Both the position numbers and the translations under genes were made by a program. This document shows positions 36,011 to 47,036 of a stretch of 64,000 bases of DNA, piece by piece (within the stretch, counting starts at the first letter, position 1; each line of letters starts with the position of its first letter). Origin of the DNA: a virus. Its lineage: Duplodnaviria > Heunggongvirae > Uroviricota > Caudoviricetes. Location: positions 53,745 through 117,744 of the IMG/VR virus record IMGVR_UViG_3300026549_000042. One strand, written 5' to 3'. The notes beneath the pieces are model-generated. The model ran no database searches and had not been told where the DNA came from. It saw nothing but the letters and a program-made list of their open reading frames with translations.

Positions 36011-38657
36011 AATTATCATATTCACTAAATTCTGTAATATTTGCTATATTTGTTGGCATTTGATACATATTATTTTGTTCAAACATATTAAATTGGTTTA
36101 GTTCATCATTTGAATTAAACCAATTATTGTTTATTGACTGTTGTATATTGCTTATTGCTATTTCTTCAATAAAATCTTTATATCTTGGTGTTTGTAATAC
36201 TAATGGTATTTGAACAAAAGTCATAATAATGTCATCATGTCCATAAGATGCTTTATAAGACCCATTTCCATTCTTATCTTCAAATCCTTCAAGTTCATTA
36301 ATAGCTAACATATCGGTTGTTGTAACATTGCCCTTTTCAAAATTAATCTTAAGTAATGAGCATGCTACTGACTTATTACCGGAAGTCATACGAACTCCAG
36401 GTATATATTTTGAATTGACATTTAGTCCCATATTAGCAATTTGTTCATCTAAAGGACCTTTCTTATATAATACGAAATTATACATATCAATACCCTCAGG
36501 CACAATGTTAAATCTCCAATTGTAGTCTATATTATAGTCATTTTCATTATAGTTAGACAATAATGTATAGAATAATGCCCCATAAGTATTCCATTCCAAT
36601 GACCATAATGTTCTATCATCATTAAATAATTGACCAACTAATAGCCAAAATTCAAGTGAAGCAAACTCTAGTTCAATCTCATTACTTGACCAACGACCTA
36701 CGTGAATGAACTTATCTTTTTCTGGAATATAAAATATGTTAAATACTGTACTGTCTTGACCGGAACCTTCAGCAAGATCAACTGTTATTAAGAATCTGCC
36801 AGTACGTAACAACTTAAAATCAAACTGAGGATCCCAAAACAAACATTCCGAATGAGAAAGATATATATGTGGAAATTCCTTCATAAAATCTTCTGTTCTG
36901 TTATCCCATAATACTGATGTATCTCTTAATTTACTTAAACATTCTCTTGATACTAAGCATTTATCACTTGCAGAGAATTGCGTGCCATATTGATATTGGA
37001 ATGCTTCTTCTGAACCAAGAATACCTACCATTTTCTTGTGCCATGCTTCTGTTCTTTTTTCCCATTTTTTAGTTACTTTATTCCATTCTGGTACTTGATC
37101 CCAGTCAACTTTAAATGGTCCATATATGTTTTTCTTTTCAATAGCAGCTTTCCAAAGTTTATAGAAAAGATTAAATCCATTTTGTGTTGACATAATACAT
37201 ACATTAGCAGAACTATCAGCAGTAATAGTAGGAATAATATTGTTATAGAATAGTTCTACATCATTAGGAGGACACCAAGCAAACTCATCAAGAATAAGGA
37301 AGTTAATTGTTTTACCAAGACCTGCTGTAGGTGAGAATGCTTCTGTAGAAATTGATGAATTGTTGTCAAAAGAAATTTCTGATTGATTCCATTTATATAC
37401 ACCAACTTTTAAAAAATATGGAAGACACATATACATATCTTTTATCTTTGCTAATAAGTCTCTACCTGCAGGTCCAGATTTAGAAAGTATTAGGGCCATT
37501 TTATCGGTATTAAATAATATTATCCAAAGACAATAGATTGCTGTTGTAGTTGAATTATGACTTAATATTCCATTTGAATAGAATCTATGGTTTTCATCAT
37601 TAACTGTTGTATCACACATTGATATTTTAGTTGATGAAATTTTTAATGAAACAATTTTTTGTAATCCTTTATCAGTTTGAATATAATCACCAATTGATAA
37701 ATTTTTTACATATATTTCATTAAATTTTTCATCAAATACTATATGTTCATCCGCACAATTTAATTCATAACCATTTTCTAATTTTATTATATATTGTTCA
37801 AATGGCTTAGTTATCATTATATGAGATAAAGGTTTATATCCAGTATCTGTCAATATTTCAATATTATCATGTAATTCAATTTCTTTAATAGTTTTATAAT
37901 TATCTATAAGTTTTTCTTTTCTTATATAATGATAATCTATATGATCTATTATAGAAATTAATTTATATAAAAATTCTATAAATTGTTGGGAATCTTCATG
38001 TTTCTTTTTTTCTTTATTCCTTTTATTCCTGCCATAAGTTAATCTATAAATTATTTTATATAATTGATATTTACATTTCCATATTAATGTTTGCTTACAA
38101 TATAAATTATAAAGTTCAAAAATTGGTAAATTATAAATATTATCCTTTATACAATAATGATTTATTTTATTAACATGTAAATAATAATCTATATATGTTT
38201 TATTAATTCTTACATAAATATTTGACAACATGTTAAGAGATTTGCCACTTTGTCTACAACTCAACATTATACTGAATGGGTGTGTCTGAAGATGTTTTAA
38301 ATAATTAATTTGATAATCTCGTAATTCAACAGGAGAAAATCCACCAGCAGGATTTTTAAGATAGCATTTAGATGCAAAATATACAGGATCTTGCATACAT
38401 TTTATATAGTCGTCTATTTCCTCTTCCGTTCTTTTATATACAAGATCTGCCTTTAAAAGTTTTGTATTTTTACCAATAAAAGGATTAGCCTTAAGTGGTA
38501 ATCCTTGTTTTAGTGCTTCTACGGCTTTATTTAATGAATATGTTGACCAAACTACACGTTCAGCTTCTTTACCACCTATTTGTTTTTTAACAGGATCAAA
38601 TTCTCTGTCTTTACTTATATCATATTCAAAGTCTTTATCTTGTGTATTATCCTGCAT
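36000..38657 (-). CDS. terL: terminase large subunit containing an intein in the Walker A P-loop
   Basis: DYQ...CRQSGK[intein]STTTAIY reconstitutes RQSGKST; Walker B FLILDEFAW; C-terminal nuclease motif GHDDIIMTF. Confidence 0.85.
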   Translation of the reverse strand: MQDNTQDKDFEYDISKDREFDPVKKQIGGKEAERVVWSTYSLNKAVEALKQGLPLKANPFIGKNTKLLKADLVYKRTEEEIDDYIKCMQDPVYFASKCYLKNPAGGFSPVELRDYQINYLKHLQTHPFSIMLSCRQSGKSLNMLSNIYVRINKTYIDYYLHVNKINHYCIKDNIYNLPIFELYNLYCKQTLIWKCKYQLYKIIYRLTYGRNKRNKEKKKHEDSQQFIEFLYKLISIIDHIDYHYIRKEKLIDNYKTIKEIELHDNIEILTDTGYKPLSHIMITKPFEQYIIKLENGYELNCADEHIVFDEKFNEIYVKNLSIGDYIQTDKGLQKIVSLKISSTKISMCDTTVNDENHRFYSNGILSHNSTTTAIYCLWIILFNTDKMALILSKSGPAGRDLLAKIKDMYMCLPYFLKVGVYKWNQSEISFDNNSSISTEAFSPTAGLGKTINFLILDEFAWCPPNDVELFYNNIIPTITADSSANVCIMSTQNGFNLFYKLWKAAIEKKNIYGPFKVDWDQVPEWNKVTKKWEKRTEAWHKKMVGILGSEEAFQYQYGTQFSASDKCLVSRECLSKLRDTSVLWDNRTEDFMKEFPHIYLSHSECLFWDPQFDFKLLRTGRFLITVDLAEGSGQDSTVFNIFYIPEKDKFIHVGRWSSNEIELEFASLEFWLLVGQLFNDDRTLWSLEWNTYGALFYTLLSNYNENDYNIDYNWRFNIVPEGIDMYNFVLYKKGPLDEQIANMGLNVNSKYIPGVRMTSGNKSVACSLLKINFEKGNVTTTDMLAINELEGFEDKNGNGSYKASYGHDDIIMTFVQIPLVLQTPRYKDFIEEIAISNIQQSINNNWFNSNDELNQFNMFEQNNMYQMPTNIANITEFSEYDNFTW
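37554..38240 (-). mobile_element. intein (about 229 aa) inserted between GK and ST of the terminase P-loop
   Basis: Begins with Ser after ..RQSGK; ends ..MCDTTVNDENHRFYSNGILSHN with +1 Ser (block F/G-like); the central N/K/Y-rich region may be a degenerate endonuclease domain. Confidence 0.6.
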
Positions 38658-39552
38658 ATAATCCTGTTTTTGATGCTATATTTGAAAGTAATTTTAATTT
38701 TAATGAAACAAGTTTTATAGCTGCTTTTGTTTTTTTTGTTTCGGACTTTTCTAAAAGTCTTTTCTGCGCCTGTTCTAATTGATTATTGTATACACCTAAC
38801 ATTCTTTGTCCAATTGTTGTTCCTAAAGATTCTATTTTATCTTCATATGCTTGCTTATCGTGCTCATTCCATTGCTTATCAACTGTTTTTTGCACTTGTT
38901 GTTTAGTATGTATTAAAGCTTTGTTTATTTGATCAGATATGATATCTGGTCCTTGTTCCATATAAGATGTAATATCAGTAAGTACATTAGTAATATTGTT
39001 TACATATGAAGTAACTGTAGAATTTACTTTATTCATAGTTTTCTTCATATCATCTAAGAATTTTTTCTGATTATTCTTTTCATTTTTTTCATTTTCCTTT
39101 TTTAATCTACTTTCTGCTGACTCTTTAAGTGTTTTTAATATATCTCCTATAGATTTTTTATTGTCATTAAAATAAGAAAATGCATAAGATGAAACTGCAG
39201 ATGGGAATCTTGAAATCTCAGTTGTATGTTTATTTATATAGTTTCCTAAAATTTTTGTAGTTTCTTTAGTAAGTATCATTGTAGCATCAGAAATTATTTT
39301 CTGTGCTATTGTATTAATTAATTCAGGATTTATTTGAGAAATAGTTCCAGCAGCTCCTAATCCTATAGCTGCTAAGTCCGTAGTTGCTCGTATACTTGAT
39401 AAGTTAGTTATATTTTTTGTTGTATTTGAAACTGCACTAGTTACTTTACCAGCAATAAATGAATTACCAGCATCTATAGCATAATCTTTAAATGATTGTT
39501 GTTCTGCATCCGTTAATGAAGTATTTGAAAGTGTAAATAGTTTCTCACTCAT
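38647..39552 (-). CDS. hypothetical protein
   Basis: 301-aa ORF, Ser/Thr/Asn-rich N-terminal half, K/E-rich C-terminal half. Confidence 0.5.
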   Translation of the reverse strand: MSEKLFTLSNTSLTDAEQQSFKDYAIDAGNSFIAGKVTSAVSNTTKNITNLSSIRATTDLAAIGLGAAGTISQINPELINTIAQKIISDATMILTKETTKILGNYINKHTTEISRFPSAVSSYAFSYFNDNKKSIGDILKTLKESAESRLKKENEKNEKNNQKKFLDDMKKTMNKVNSTVTSYVNNITNVLTDITSYMEQGPDIISDQINKALIHTKQQVQKTVDKQWNEHDKQAYEDKIESLGTTIGQRMLGVYNNQLEQAQKRLLEKSETKKTKAAIKLVSLKLKLLSNIASKTGLYAG

Positions 39553-39564
39553 AAATATTCTATA

Positions 39565-40254
39565 TTAATTAACTTTAGTATTTTCTGCAATTATTGGATC
39601 TAAATCAGAAAGTGCACTTTGACATTCTTGAAAACCTGGTATTAATTTTGCGGTATGTGAATCAGATGATGCATCTTGTTTTAATTTATTAAAACCCTTA
39701 TGTAATTTTTCCAATATTTCTTTTAATGAATCACCCATAACTGCATGTTCATAATTACCATCCTTTTTTCCAACTTTTATGTGTGACCCATCAATATCAA
39801 CTTCACCGCTTCCCCCTAATAAAGAAATATGACCATCAGGATGAAGTTCTATATGATGTTCTCCAATTTTTATAGTAAAACCATTTTGATCATCATATGT
39901 TGACATTGCATTTAATGAACCGTTATTATGTGACATAAATATTTCAGGATTGTCAGAGTCATATACAGATTCTAAAAACTCTTTACTTATGTCATTAAGT
40001 TCAAAAAATGGAAAATACCAATATTCATTATAATTAGACTTATTGATTAATACCCAAACCTTGAATCCTACAACTGGCTTAGAAAATGTTTGGCTTCGAT
40101 TCATAAATATTGGTCTAATCCATGGCATGTTTTCTATAGACATTGTATTATGATCCACTAAACCCGGAATATCACATTTTATACGTCCAAGTTTTAATGG
40201 ATCATCTGTTGATTGTATTACAGCAGGAACTAATTCACAATCTTTCAATTTCAT
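39565..40254 (-). CDS. hypothetical protein
   Basis: 229-aa ORF. Confidence 0.5.
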   Translation of the reverse strand: MKLKDCELVPAVIQSTDDPLKLGRIKCDIPGLVDHNTMSIENMPWIRPIFMNRSQTFSKPVVGFKVWVLINKSNYNEYWYFPFFELNDISKEFLESVYDSDNPEIFMSHNNGSLNAMSTYDDQNGFTIKIGEHHIELHPDGHISLLGGSGEVDIDGSHIKVGKKDGNYEHAVMGDSLKEILEKLHKGFNKLKQDASSDSHTAKLIPGFQECQSALSDLDPIIAENTKVN

Positions 40255-40290
40255 AATTATTTGCCTCTATATATTAAACTAATAAAATTT

Positions 40291-42054
40291 TTATGCTTCA
40301 GTGGTTTCGGCAGATTCAGGTTGTACATCACCCATCATTTCATCATCAATTTCTCCGCCGCCTTCTTCTTCACCACCGCCTAATTCATCTGTACCTTCTG
40401 CTCCTTCTTCTTCACCGCCACCTAATTCATCTTCACCTTCTGCGGATGCTCCGCCTTTATTCTTTTCTTCTAACTTAAGTTTTTCATTAAGTTCAAGATC
40501 AGCTTCAGACATCTTAAGATATTTTTGAATCAAGAACTTCATAGCAAAGAAAGGTATATCATTACCTTCTGAATCAGTCTCAACTAACGAATCTTTCATT
40601 GTACTTATAAATTCAATACGTTTTGTCATAATTTCAATATTCATCATTTCTTCAAATTGATTATATGAATTCCAACGTAAAGAAACTGAATCTAATATTC
40701 GCTTGTCATTCTTAATATCAGGAATAGATAATGTAAGTTGAATACGTAATGGCTTAAGCAATATATAACCGAAAGTATTGCGAAGACGATTTACAAATCT
40801 AGCAAAATCAATTTCTTCTCTTAATGCTTGTGTAGGATCTGAACCAAACCATGTTGCTTGAGATTCTTTGTCAAATCTATTAAGAGGAATTTTTGACATT
40901 TTATATAATTTCTCTGCAAAATACTTAATTTGATCTGAATCATTAAGTGTAGGACCAGAATCAACAAGCGTTTCTATTTCTGGCTTACCGCTCTCATTTT
41001 GTGGAAGCCAATATTCTTTGTTGAATGGTAAATTTACTCTACCGTTTACTTTTATTTCACCAGTATCTTGATTGAATGATATATCTTCTTTGTATCTGTT
41101 CATTGCAGATGCTAATGTTTGCATTCCTTTTGCTCTATTCATACCGCCAACAGGAATTGTAAACATTGTCTTAAATGAAGATTGCGTAACTGTCCAAATA
41201 ATTTGTGCTTGCTCAATAATTCTATATATATTAAATGGGCGAATAAGACGTTCTAGATATGATTGTCTATTTGTTACACCAGAATCTTCATATTTAATAT
41301 ATATGATCTGTGAATCTAACAGTTTACGTTCTCTACCAACAACACCCTTAAATTGAACCCAATATATAATACCATTTTCAACTGACTTAGTTAATGTATT
41401 TGGGTCTAGATCAACAATATTTATAATTGATTTTGGATATTCTATGTTATCATATACTATTTCATATGCAAGTACACCTTCAATAAGCCATCTCTTATAA
41501 ATATCCCAAGCCCTGTTTTTCCAGTTCAACAATAAATATATCTTATAAAAATTAGCATTAATGCATTTGTCAATTTCTTCTGCATTCTTTTCATTAAGAT
41601 CTTGAATAAGTCCATTGTCTAAGAACGGTGTACATATATAAGCTTCTTCATCATCATATACAATTGACTCATTAGACATCATATCTAATATATCCTCAAG
41701 TTCAGGTTGTACTGCAAGTTTTCTTAATATTTCTCGTTTTTGGTCAAATGATTTTTCTTGGAATGTCTTTTCTTCATCAGGTTTTACTTTCCAATTGTTT
41801 AACCAAGACCCATATAGATTTTGCTGAAGAACTGCATCATCTTTAGGTTGCAAAAACTTGTCTGCTGGAATAGCCATCATGTTCTTAAATATCTTATCAT
41901 CATAGTCCATTCCATAATGTGACAATGATGTAAGAATCTTAGAAAATCTTGTTGGCTTTTTAATATTAGCTATAGACTCGTAGTAGTTTTGCTTTACAGC
42001 CTCCATTATAGTTTGTTCATTTTCTAATACATTATTTAAATTACCAAAATTCAT
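40291..42054 (-). CDS. hypothetical protein with Gly/Glu-rich acidic C-terminal tail (possible portal protein, unverified)
   Basis: 587 aa; C-terminal GGASAEGEDELGGGEEEGAEGTDELGGGEEEGGGEIDDE; same-strand cluster with terL. Confidence 0.5.
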   Translation of the reverse strand: MNFGNLNNVLENEQTIMEAVKQNYYESIANIKKPTRFSKILTSLSHYGMDYDDKIFKNMMAIPADKFLQPKDDAVLQQNLYGSWLNNWKVKPDEEKTFQEKSFDQKREILRKLAVQPELEDILDMMSNESIVYDDEEAYICTPFLDNGLIQDLNEKNAEEIDKCINANFYKIYLLLNWKNRAWDIYKRWLIEGVLAYEIVYDNIEYPKSIINIVDLDPNTLTKSVENGIIYWVQFKGVVGRERKLLDSQIIYIKYEDSGVTNRQSYLERLIRPFNIYRIIEQAQIIWTVTQSSFKTMFTIPVGGMNRAKGMQTLASAMNRYKEDISFNQDTGEIKVNGRVNLPFNKEYWLPQNESGKPEIETLVDSGPTLNDSDQIKYFAEKLYKMSKIPLNRFDKESQATWFGSDPTQALREEIDFARFVNRLRNTFGYILLKPLRIQLTLSIPDIKNDKRILDSVSLRWNSYNQFEEMMNIEIMTKRIEFISTMKDSLVETDSEGNDIPFFAMKFLIQKYLKMSEADLELNEKLKLEEKNKGGASAEGEDELGGGEEEGAEGTDELGGGEEEGGGEIDDEMMGDVQPESAETTEA

Positions 42055-42172
42055 AATTTAATTTGTGCTTATATTATATATTAAAAATAAATTTATACTT
42101 AAAATCTTTTGAATAAGTTATCATTTTATTTCAATTTTATATTAAAAATATTGGATTTTTAATTAATATATT

Positions 42173-43036
42173 ATGGAAAATATTGAACAACTCAAACAGG
42201 ATAATTTAAAATTGACAGAACGTCTCAATAATGCTGCAAAATTTTTTAGAGAGCAAAAGGCACAAATAGAAGCTTTAACTAAAGAAAATGAAGAACTAAA
42301 AAGCAAACCTAAAGATAATTATATTTCTCCTGAAAAATGGAATGCATTAGTAACTGAAAAGGAATCACTTGATAAGCAACTTAATGAATATGAATTGAAA
42401 CTTCAAAAGTTAGAAGGAGATTATAAAGATCTTAAAAAAGTATATGAAGATGAACAATCTGAATATGAAAATAAGATAACTTTACTTGAAGAGGATAATA
42501 TTAAGTTATCAGAAAAATCTAATTTACTTGATAAATGTGAAAATAAATTAAAAGAAAAAGAAACATTATATAATGAATTAGAAAAAAACTATGAATCTTA
42601 TAAGAAAACACAATCTGAATTAGTAGAAAAACTTCAAGCAAATTTAGAAAAAGCAAATATTGAAATAGATACTTTAGAAACACAAAAGGCAGTACAAGCA
42701 TCATTACAAAAACAGTTAGATGATCTTCAAGAAAAATCAACAGTAACATTACATGAATTCAAAAAACTTCAAACTGAATATGACAAATTAACAAATGAAT
42801 ATAATAAATGTTTTGAGGAAAAAACCAAGTTATTTGAAGAAAATAATGATTTGTCTACAAAATTAAATAATATAATAGAAAATTCAGAAATAAGAAATGA
42901 AATACTTGATAAAATTGTAAGTTTAGTTAATGGGTTAAATAATGTCAATAACAATCAAACTAAAGTAACAAAAAATAATAATAGCGAAAGAATAGGAAAT
43001 GAATATGTAGTTGATAATCCTGTTATGAATATTTAA
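42173..43036 (+). CDS. coiled-coil protein, hypothetical
   Basis: 287 aa, heptad-rich K/E/L composition throughout. Confidence 0.55.
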   Translation: MENIEQLKQDNLKLTERLNNAAKFFREQKAQIEALTKENEELKSKPKDNYISPEKWNALVTEKESLDKQLNEYELKLQKLEGDYKDLKKVYEDEQSEYENKITLLEEDNIKLSEKSNLLDKCENKLKEKETLYNELEKNYESYKKTQSELVEKLQANLEKANIEIDTLETQKAVQASLQKQLDDLQEKSTVTLHEFKKLQTEYDKLTNEYNKCFEEKTKLFEENNDLSTKLNNIIENSEIRNEILDKIVSLVNGLNNVNNNQTKVTKNNNSERIGNEYVVDNPVMNI

Positions 43037-43037
43037 A

Positions 43038-43062
43038 AAAGAGGGCTTAAGCCCTCTTTATA
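43038..43062. terminator. bidirectional terminator
   Basis: aaaaaa-gagggcttaagccctc-ttta; palindrome with CTTAAG core. Confidence 0.6.
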
Positions 43063-43064
43063 TG

Positions 43065-43517
43065 TTAAAAGTTTAAGTATGATGTATGTGGAGTGTTATT
43101 TATATATTTTTCGTTTACATTACTACTGCCGTTAATTGTATCAATAATATCTTGCTTAACTTGAATAGGAACATTAGTATTGTTATATTTTGATACAATA
43201 TTTTCTAATTTAACATTATCATCATGTGTTATATTTGAATTATTTATATATTCTTTAATAGTATTCATATCTTTACTATTTCTATACTTAAATGATGATG
43301 CATAATTTATTGCTGCCAAAAAACCAGTATGTCCCTCACCTGGATTTGAATAATAAGATGTTATATAAGAATCAATATTATCATATATGCCAATATATAC
43401 ATCTTTATTTGTTCCTGTAGTTTCAACAATTATAAGATCTTGTGCATCTATAAAATTATTAAGAGAAATATAATTATATGCATCATCAATACTTGAAAAA
43501 ATATGAGAGTTTAACAT
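43065..43517 (-). CDS. hypothetical protein
   Basis: 150-aa ORF. Confidence 0.45.
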   Translation of the reverse strand: MLNSHIFSSIDDAYNYISLNNFIDAQDLIIVETTGTNKDVYIGIYDNIDSYITSYYSNPGEGHTGFLAAINYASSFKYRNSKDMNTIKEYINNSNITHDDNVKLENIVSKYNNTNVPIQVKQDIIDTINGSSNVNEKYINNTPHTSYLNF

Positions 43518-43572
43518 AAATTTTAAGAATAAAATTTTATTTATATATATAAAAATAAATTATAAAATAAAT

Positions 43573-44703
43573 ATGATAAAAATAGATAGTTGTATAATAG
43601 TCAAAAATGAAGAAAACAATATTTCACCTTTATTGGATCAATTATTACAGTTTTCTTCAGAAATTCATATTACAGATACTGGATCAACAGATGCAACAGT
43701 TAGTATTATTGAAGACTATGCAAAAAATTATCATAATATATTTGTAAATCATTTTGATTGGATATATGACTTTAGTGCGGCAAGAAATTTCTCATTAAAT
43801 TATGATAATGATACATCGGAATTTAAATTTTGGTGTGATGCTGATGATCAATTAAGTGATAAGCTTCTACAAATGCTTATTGATATAGCACAAAATGGTG
43901 ACTATAATACAATGAATGGTGCATACGGAATAAGATATGTATATTATACTGGAGACAAAAACCCATATTTTAGAATACCTTTATTTAAGACAAATTCCGG
44001 TTTTAAATGGAATGACCCAATACACGAATATCTTTCATTTGATCAATCAACAATACATAACTATAATTACTTTACCGATGATGCAGTAATTATTCATAAA
44101 CGAGCTGAAGGCGTAACTCATAATGATAGAAATCTTCAAATATTCAAAAATGCTGAAGCTGAAAATAAGCCGTTCACTTCTAGAATGTATCATTATTATG
44201 GTATGGAACTGTATCAAGCAGGTGATGAACGTGCATATGAGATACTTACAAAGTCTTTATACTGTGAAGAACATATAGATCCACAAAATCTAGTTCGTTC
44301 ATTATGTACAATGTATATAATTGATAAAGATAATAATGGATGGATTAATGAAGCATATAGAGTAATGAGTAAGGGCATTTGTAGGGGTGATTTATTGTAT
44401 TATATTGGAAATTGGTATATGAAACGAGAATTGATTGAACTTGCGAAAATGTTCTATAAAAGTGCATTAACATTTAGAATACCAAAATCATTAACATTTG
44501 GACTTAACAATATGGACATAACTATAAATCCATTATTGCAACTTGGTGTTATATATGCAAATTTTGAACATGATTTCAATAAAGCATTAATGTGCAATAA
44601 ATCAGTATTAGACTATGATCCTAACAACCAAACAGCTAAGTCAAATATTGCAATACTATATAAGCTTATTAATGAACAAAATATTAAAAATACTGAAATG
44701 TAA
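43573..44703 (+). CDS. glycosyltransferase family 2 protein with C-terminal helical (TPR-like) region
   Basis: DSCIIVKNEENNI...HITDTGSTDATV...FWCDADD. Confidence 0.65.
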   Translation: MIKIDSCIIVKNEENNISPLLDQLLQFSSEIHITDTGSTDATVSIIEDYAKNYHNIFVNHFDWIYDFSAARNFSLNYDNDTSEFKFWCDADDQLSDKLLQMLIDIAQNGDYNTMNGAYGIRYVYYTGDKNPYFRIPLFKTNSGFKWNDPIHEYLSFDQSTIHNYNYFTDDAVIIHKRAEGVTHNDRNLQIFKNAEAENKPFTSRMYHYYGMELYQAGDERAYEILTKSLYCEEHIDPQNLVRSLCTMYIIDKDNNGWINEAYRVMSKGICRGDLLYYIGNWYMKRELIELAKMFYKSALTFRIPKSLTFGLNNMDITINPLLQLGVIYANFEHDFNKALMCNKSVLDYDPNNQTAKSNIAILYKLINEQNIKNTEM

Positions 44704-44752
44704 CTGAATAATTGTTGACTGTTTTATTTTTAAATAAAATAACTAACAATAA

Positions 44753-45229
44753 ATGCAAGACAATAATGAAATAAACATAAAAAAGGATTTAGCAAACAAG
44801 TTATGTTTTGGTAAACCTGAAAAAATAGTAATTCAATATTCAAATGCATTTATGCCAATAAATTCAAATACTGAAGAAGTTGTTCTTGATGAATTGACAA
44901 ATACACCTGACTATGTAGGTACTGATGGTAGTATAAATATATATATTAGTGATAATGAAATAGAGACAGATTCAAATAAGTATACTAATACTACTTCAAT
45001 ATATGACAGTTTACAGAACATATTTTCAACTATAAATAAGACTATTGAAGACAATTATACTGAAGATGAAATTAACAATATAATTACAATGATAAAGTCA
45101 AAATTGGATGAAAATGGTGGATCTAATACAAACAACTATTCATTTCTATTGGAACGAAAAGACAATATACGATATAGTAAAAGACTAATTTCACGTTTAT
45201 TACAAACAGATTTTTATAATATGAACTAA
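44753..45229 (+). CDS. hypothetical protein
   Basis: 158-aa ORF. Confidence 0.45.
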   Translation: MQDNNEINIKKDLANKLCFGKPEKIVIQYSNAFMPINSNTEEVVLDELTNTPDYVGTDGSINIYISDNEIETDSNKYTNTTSIYDSLQNIFSTINKTIEDNYTEDEINNIITMIKSKLDENGGSNTNNYSFLLERKDNIRYSKRLISRLLQTDFYNMN

Positions 45230-46410
45230 TGAATAACTTACAACTATCTATAAATATAAATCCTAATATTGTATTATATAAAGATAGATATTATTTAGTA
45301 ATATCTAATATATTAGGTTATCAAAATAATCCTGCATATGCTTTATTTGTATTAATTAATGACAAAGTTATGCAAGATGATAATGATATGCAAATATTTC
45401 TTCATTCATTACAAGGATCTGACTTAGGTGAGATTTCAAATATTATTGCAGAAGGTATTGATGAAGAATTTATATTAGGTACTGACTATTTTGTGTCATA
45501 TTCTTTATGGAACTATCTTATGACATATGATAATGATACAAAATTCAAACTATTATCATCTAAAGTAAATGATTATAGATATCCTGACTATTTAGACGCA
45601 CAATACAATAGAATAAATACTGAAGTATACGGAGATATTCAAGATACTAATATACGATATTTCTATTTATATAACAAGATACAAGATTTTGAATTTACTA
45701 AAGAAGAACTTAATAATTTTGCATCAACATTCTGCAATATAATTCTTGAAGAAACTACATTAACTAATATTACAGACACAACTAATTTAATATATAAATA
45801 TGTATTAGAATTTTATGCAAACAAAGGTAAAGACAATACTAGTGTAATTCTTGATCTTATATTTAGTAATACTTCATTGTTATCATATAATTCTCCTGCA
45901 AATTCATGCTGTACTGTAAATAGTTCTACTGCAGGGAATTCAGGTAGTAATGGAACTAATACATCAAATATTCTTAGTCAACAATCATCTATAGACACTA
46001 CAACATGTAAAGAAAAATATGAGCAGGCAATGTTCTTATATCTTATACAAATGCTTAGTGATCCAGATTTTTATTGTGATTGGTTCTATGTATATTCTGA
46101 TTTAGACTCAAATATTTCTCAACCTAACTTACCAATGATTGACAAACTTAAGAAATTATTTGAACAATTCAAAGAATTAGGATATACATTGTCTTGGGAT
46201 AAGATAACTACAAAATGTGGATGTAAGACAAATTCATCTTCATTATTAGACAAAATTAATAAAGTTTCTGCAGACAACTATACTATTTTAGACAATTATT
46301 ATAAAGTACTTGAATATGCAGAAAATAAAGAAATATGCAATAACAAAAATAAGATAAAAGTATATGGTACAGCATTTGCAAACATCTTACCATATATGTA
46401 TTTTGTATAA
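45229..46410 (+). CDS. hypothetical protein
   Basis: 393-aa ORF, start overlaps the upstream stop. Confidence 0.5.
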   Translation: MNNLQLSININPNIVLYKDRYYLVISNILGYQNNPAYALFVLINDKVMQDDNDMQIFLHSLQGSDLGEISNIIAEGIDEEFILGTDYFVSYSLWNYLMTYDNDTKFKLLSSKVNDYRYPDYLDAQYNRINTEVYGDIQDTNIRYFYLYNKIQDFEFTKEELNNFASTFCNIILEETTLTNITDTTNLIYKYVLEFYANKGKDNTSVILDLIFSNTSLLSYNSPANSCCTVNSSTAGNSGSNGTNTSNILSQQSSIDTTTCKEKYEQAMFLYLIQMLSDPDFYCDWFYVYSDLDSNISQPNLPMIDKLKKLFEQFKELGYTLSWDKITTKCGCKTNSSSLLDKINKVSADNYTILDNYYKVLEYAENKEICNNKNKIKVYGTAFANILPYMYFV

Positions 46411-46412
46411 CT

Positions 46413-46595
46413 ATGGAATTAAAAGGAAATGATAAAGGAAATACATGGCAGGAAAGAAAAATTACAGTATCATGTGCATGTTGCGGTAATTCATATGAAG
46501 CAAAACTTAGTGAATTGACTATGATAAATGATGCAAGTTCAATATATAACTTTAGCTGGACTTGTCCAAATTGCGGTTTACTAAATAAAAGATAA
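46413..46595 (+). CDS. small zinc-ribbon protein
   Basis: CACCGN...WTCPNCG. Confidence 0.4.
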   Translation: MELKGNDKGNTWQERKITVSCACCGNSYEAKLSELTMINDASSIYNFSWTCPNCGLLNKR

Positions 46596-46621
46596 AAAAT
46601 AAAATTTATATATAATATATT

Positions 46622-47002
46622 ATGAAAAATTTAAAAGACTATATTTTAGAAAATTCAAAGTCTGTTGAAAATCAAAATGAAATAAATGAAGCTTCTACAG
46701 AAAAGAAGATTACTTTTGATTTTACAGGACTTGAAAATGATGAAGAAACACTTAAGTCATTTGAAGGTAAAGATTTTTGTACAGTTGAAGATAACAAATT
46801 AACAGTTACAGTAACTGCTGATAATTGCGATAAGTTAGATACAGTACAAGACATTCTTCAACAATATGCAGAGACTTTACGTAGTTCAACAAAGAATTCA
46901 TCTGATGAACAATATGCACAAAAGACACATAAGTTCGCTGATAAGGTTGCAGAATTTAATGATGTATTAGATGAATTTCAAAACCCAGGTGAAGAAGAAT
47001 AA
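46622..47002 (+). CDS. small acidic protein, hypothetical
   Basis: 126 aa, D/E-rich. Confidence 0.45.
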   Translation: MKNLKDYILENSKSVENQNEINEASTEKKITFDFTGLENDEETLKSFEGKDFCTVEDNKLTVTVTADNCDKLDTVQDILQQYAETLRSSTKNSSDEQYAQKTHKFADKVAEFNDVLDEFQNPGEEE

Positions 47003-47036
47003 TTAATGAGTTATTAGCCAATCAAAAATAATAAGC

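Noticed and set aside
40293-40528. Two overlapping plus-strand ORFs (61 and 75 aa) rich in Leu/His or Ser/Pro
   Set aside because: They are antisense to the GGGEEEG-coding acidic tail of 40291..42054. The low-complexity Gly/Glu codons create artefactual open frames on the opposite strand.
40291-42054. Confident call of portal protein for the 587-aa gene
   Set aside because: Only the acidic C-terminal tail and the same-strand proximity to terL support the call. Gene order (two genes between it and terL, and upstream rather than downstream) and lack of a recognisable motif mean it is listed only as a possibility.
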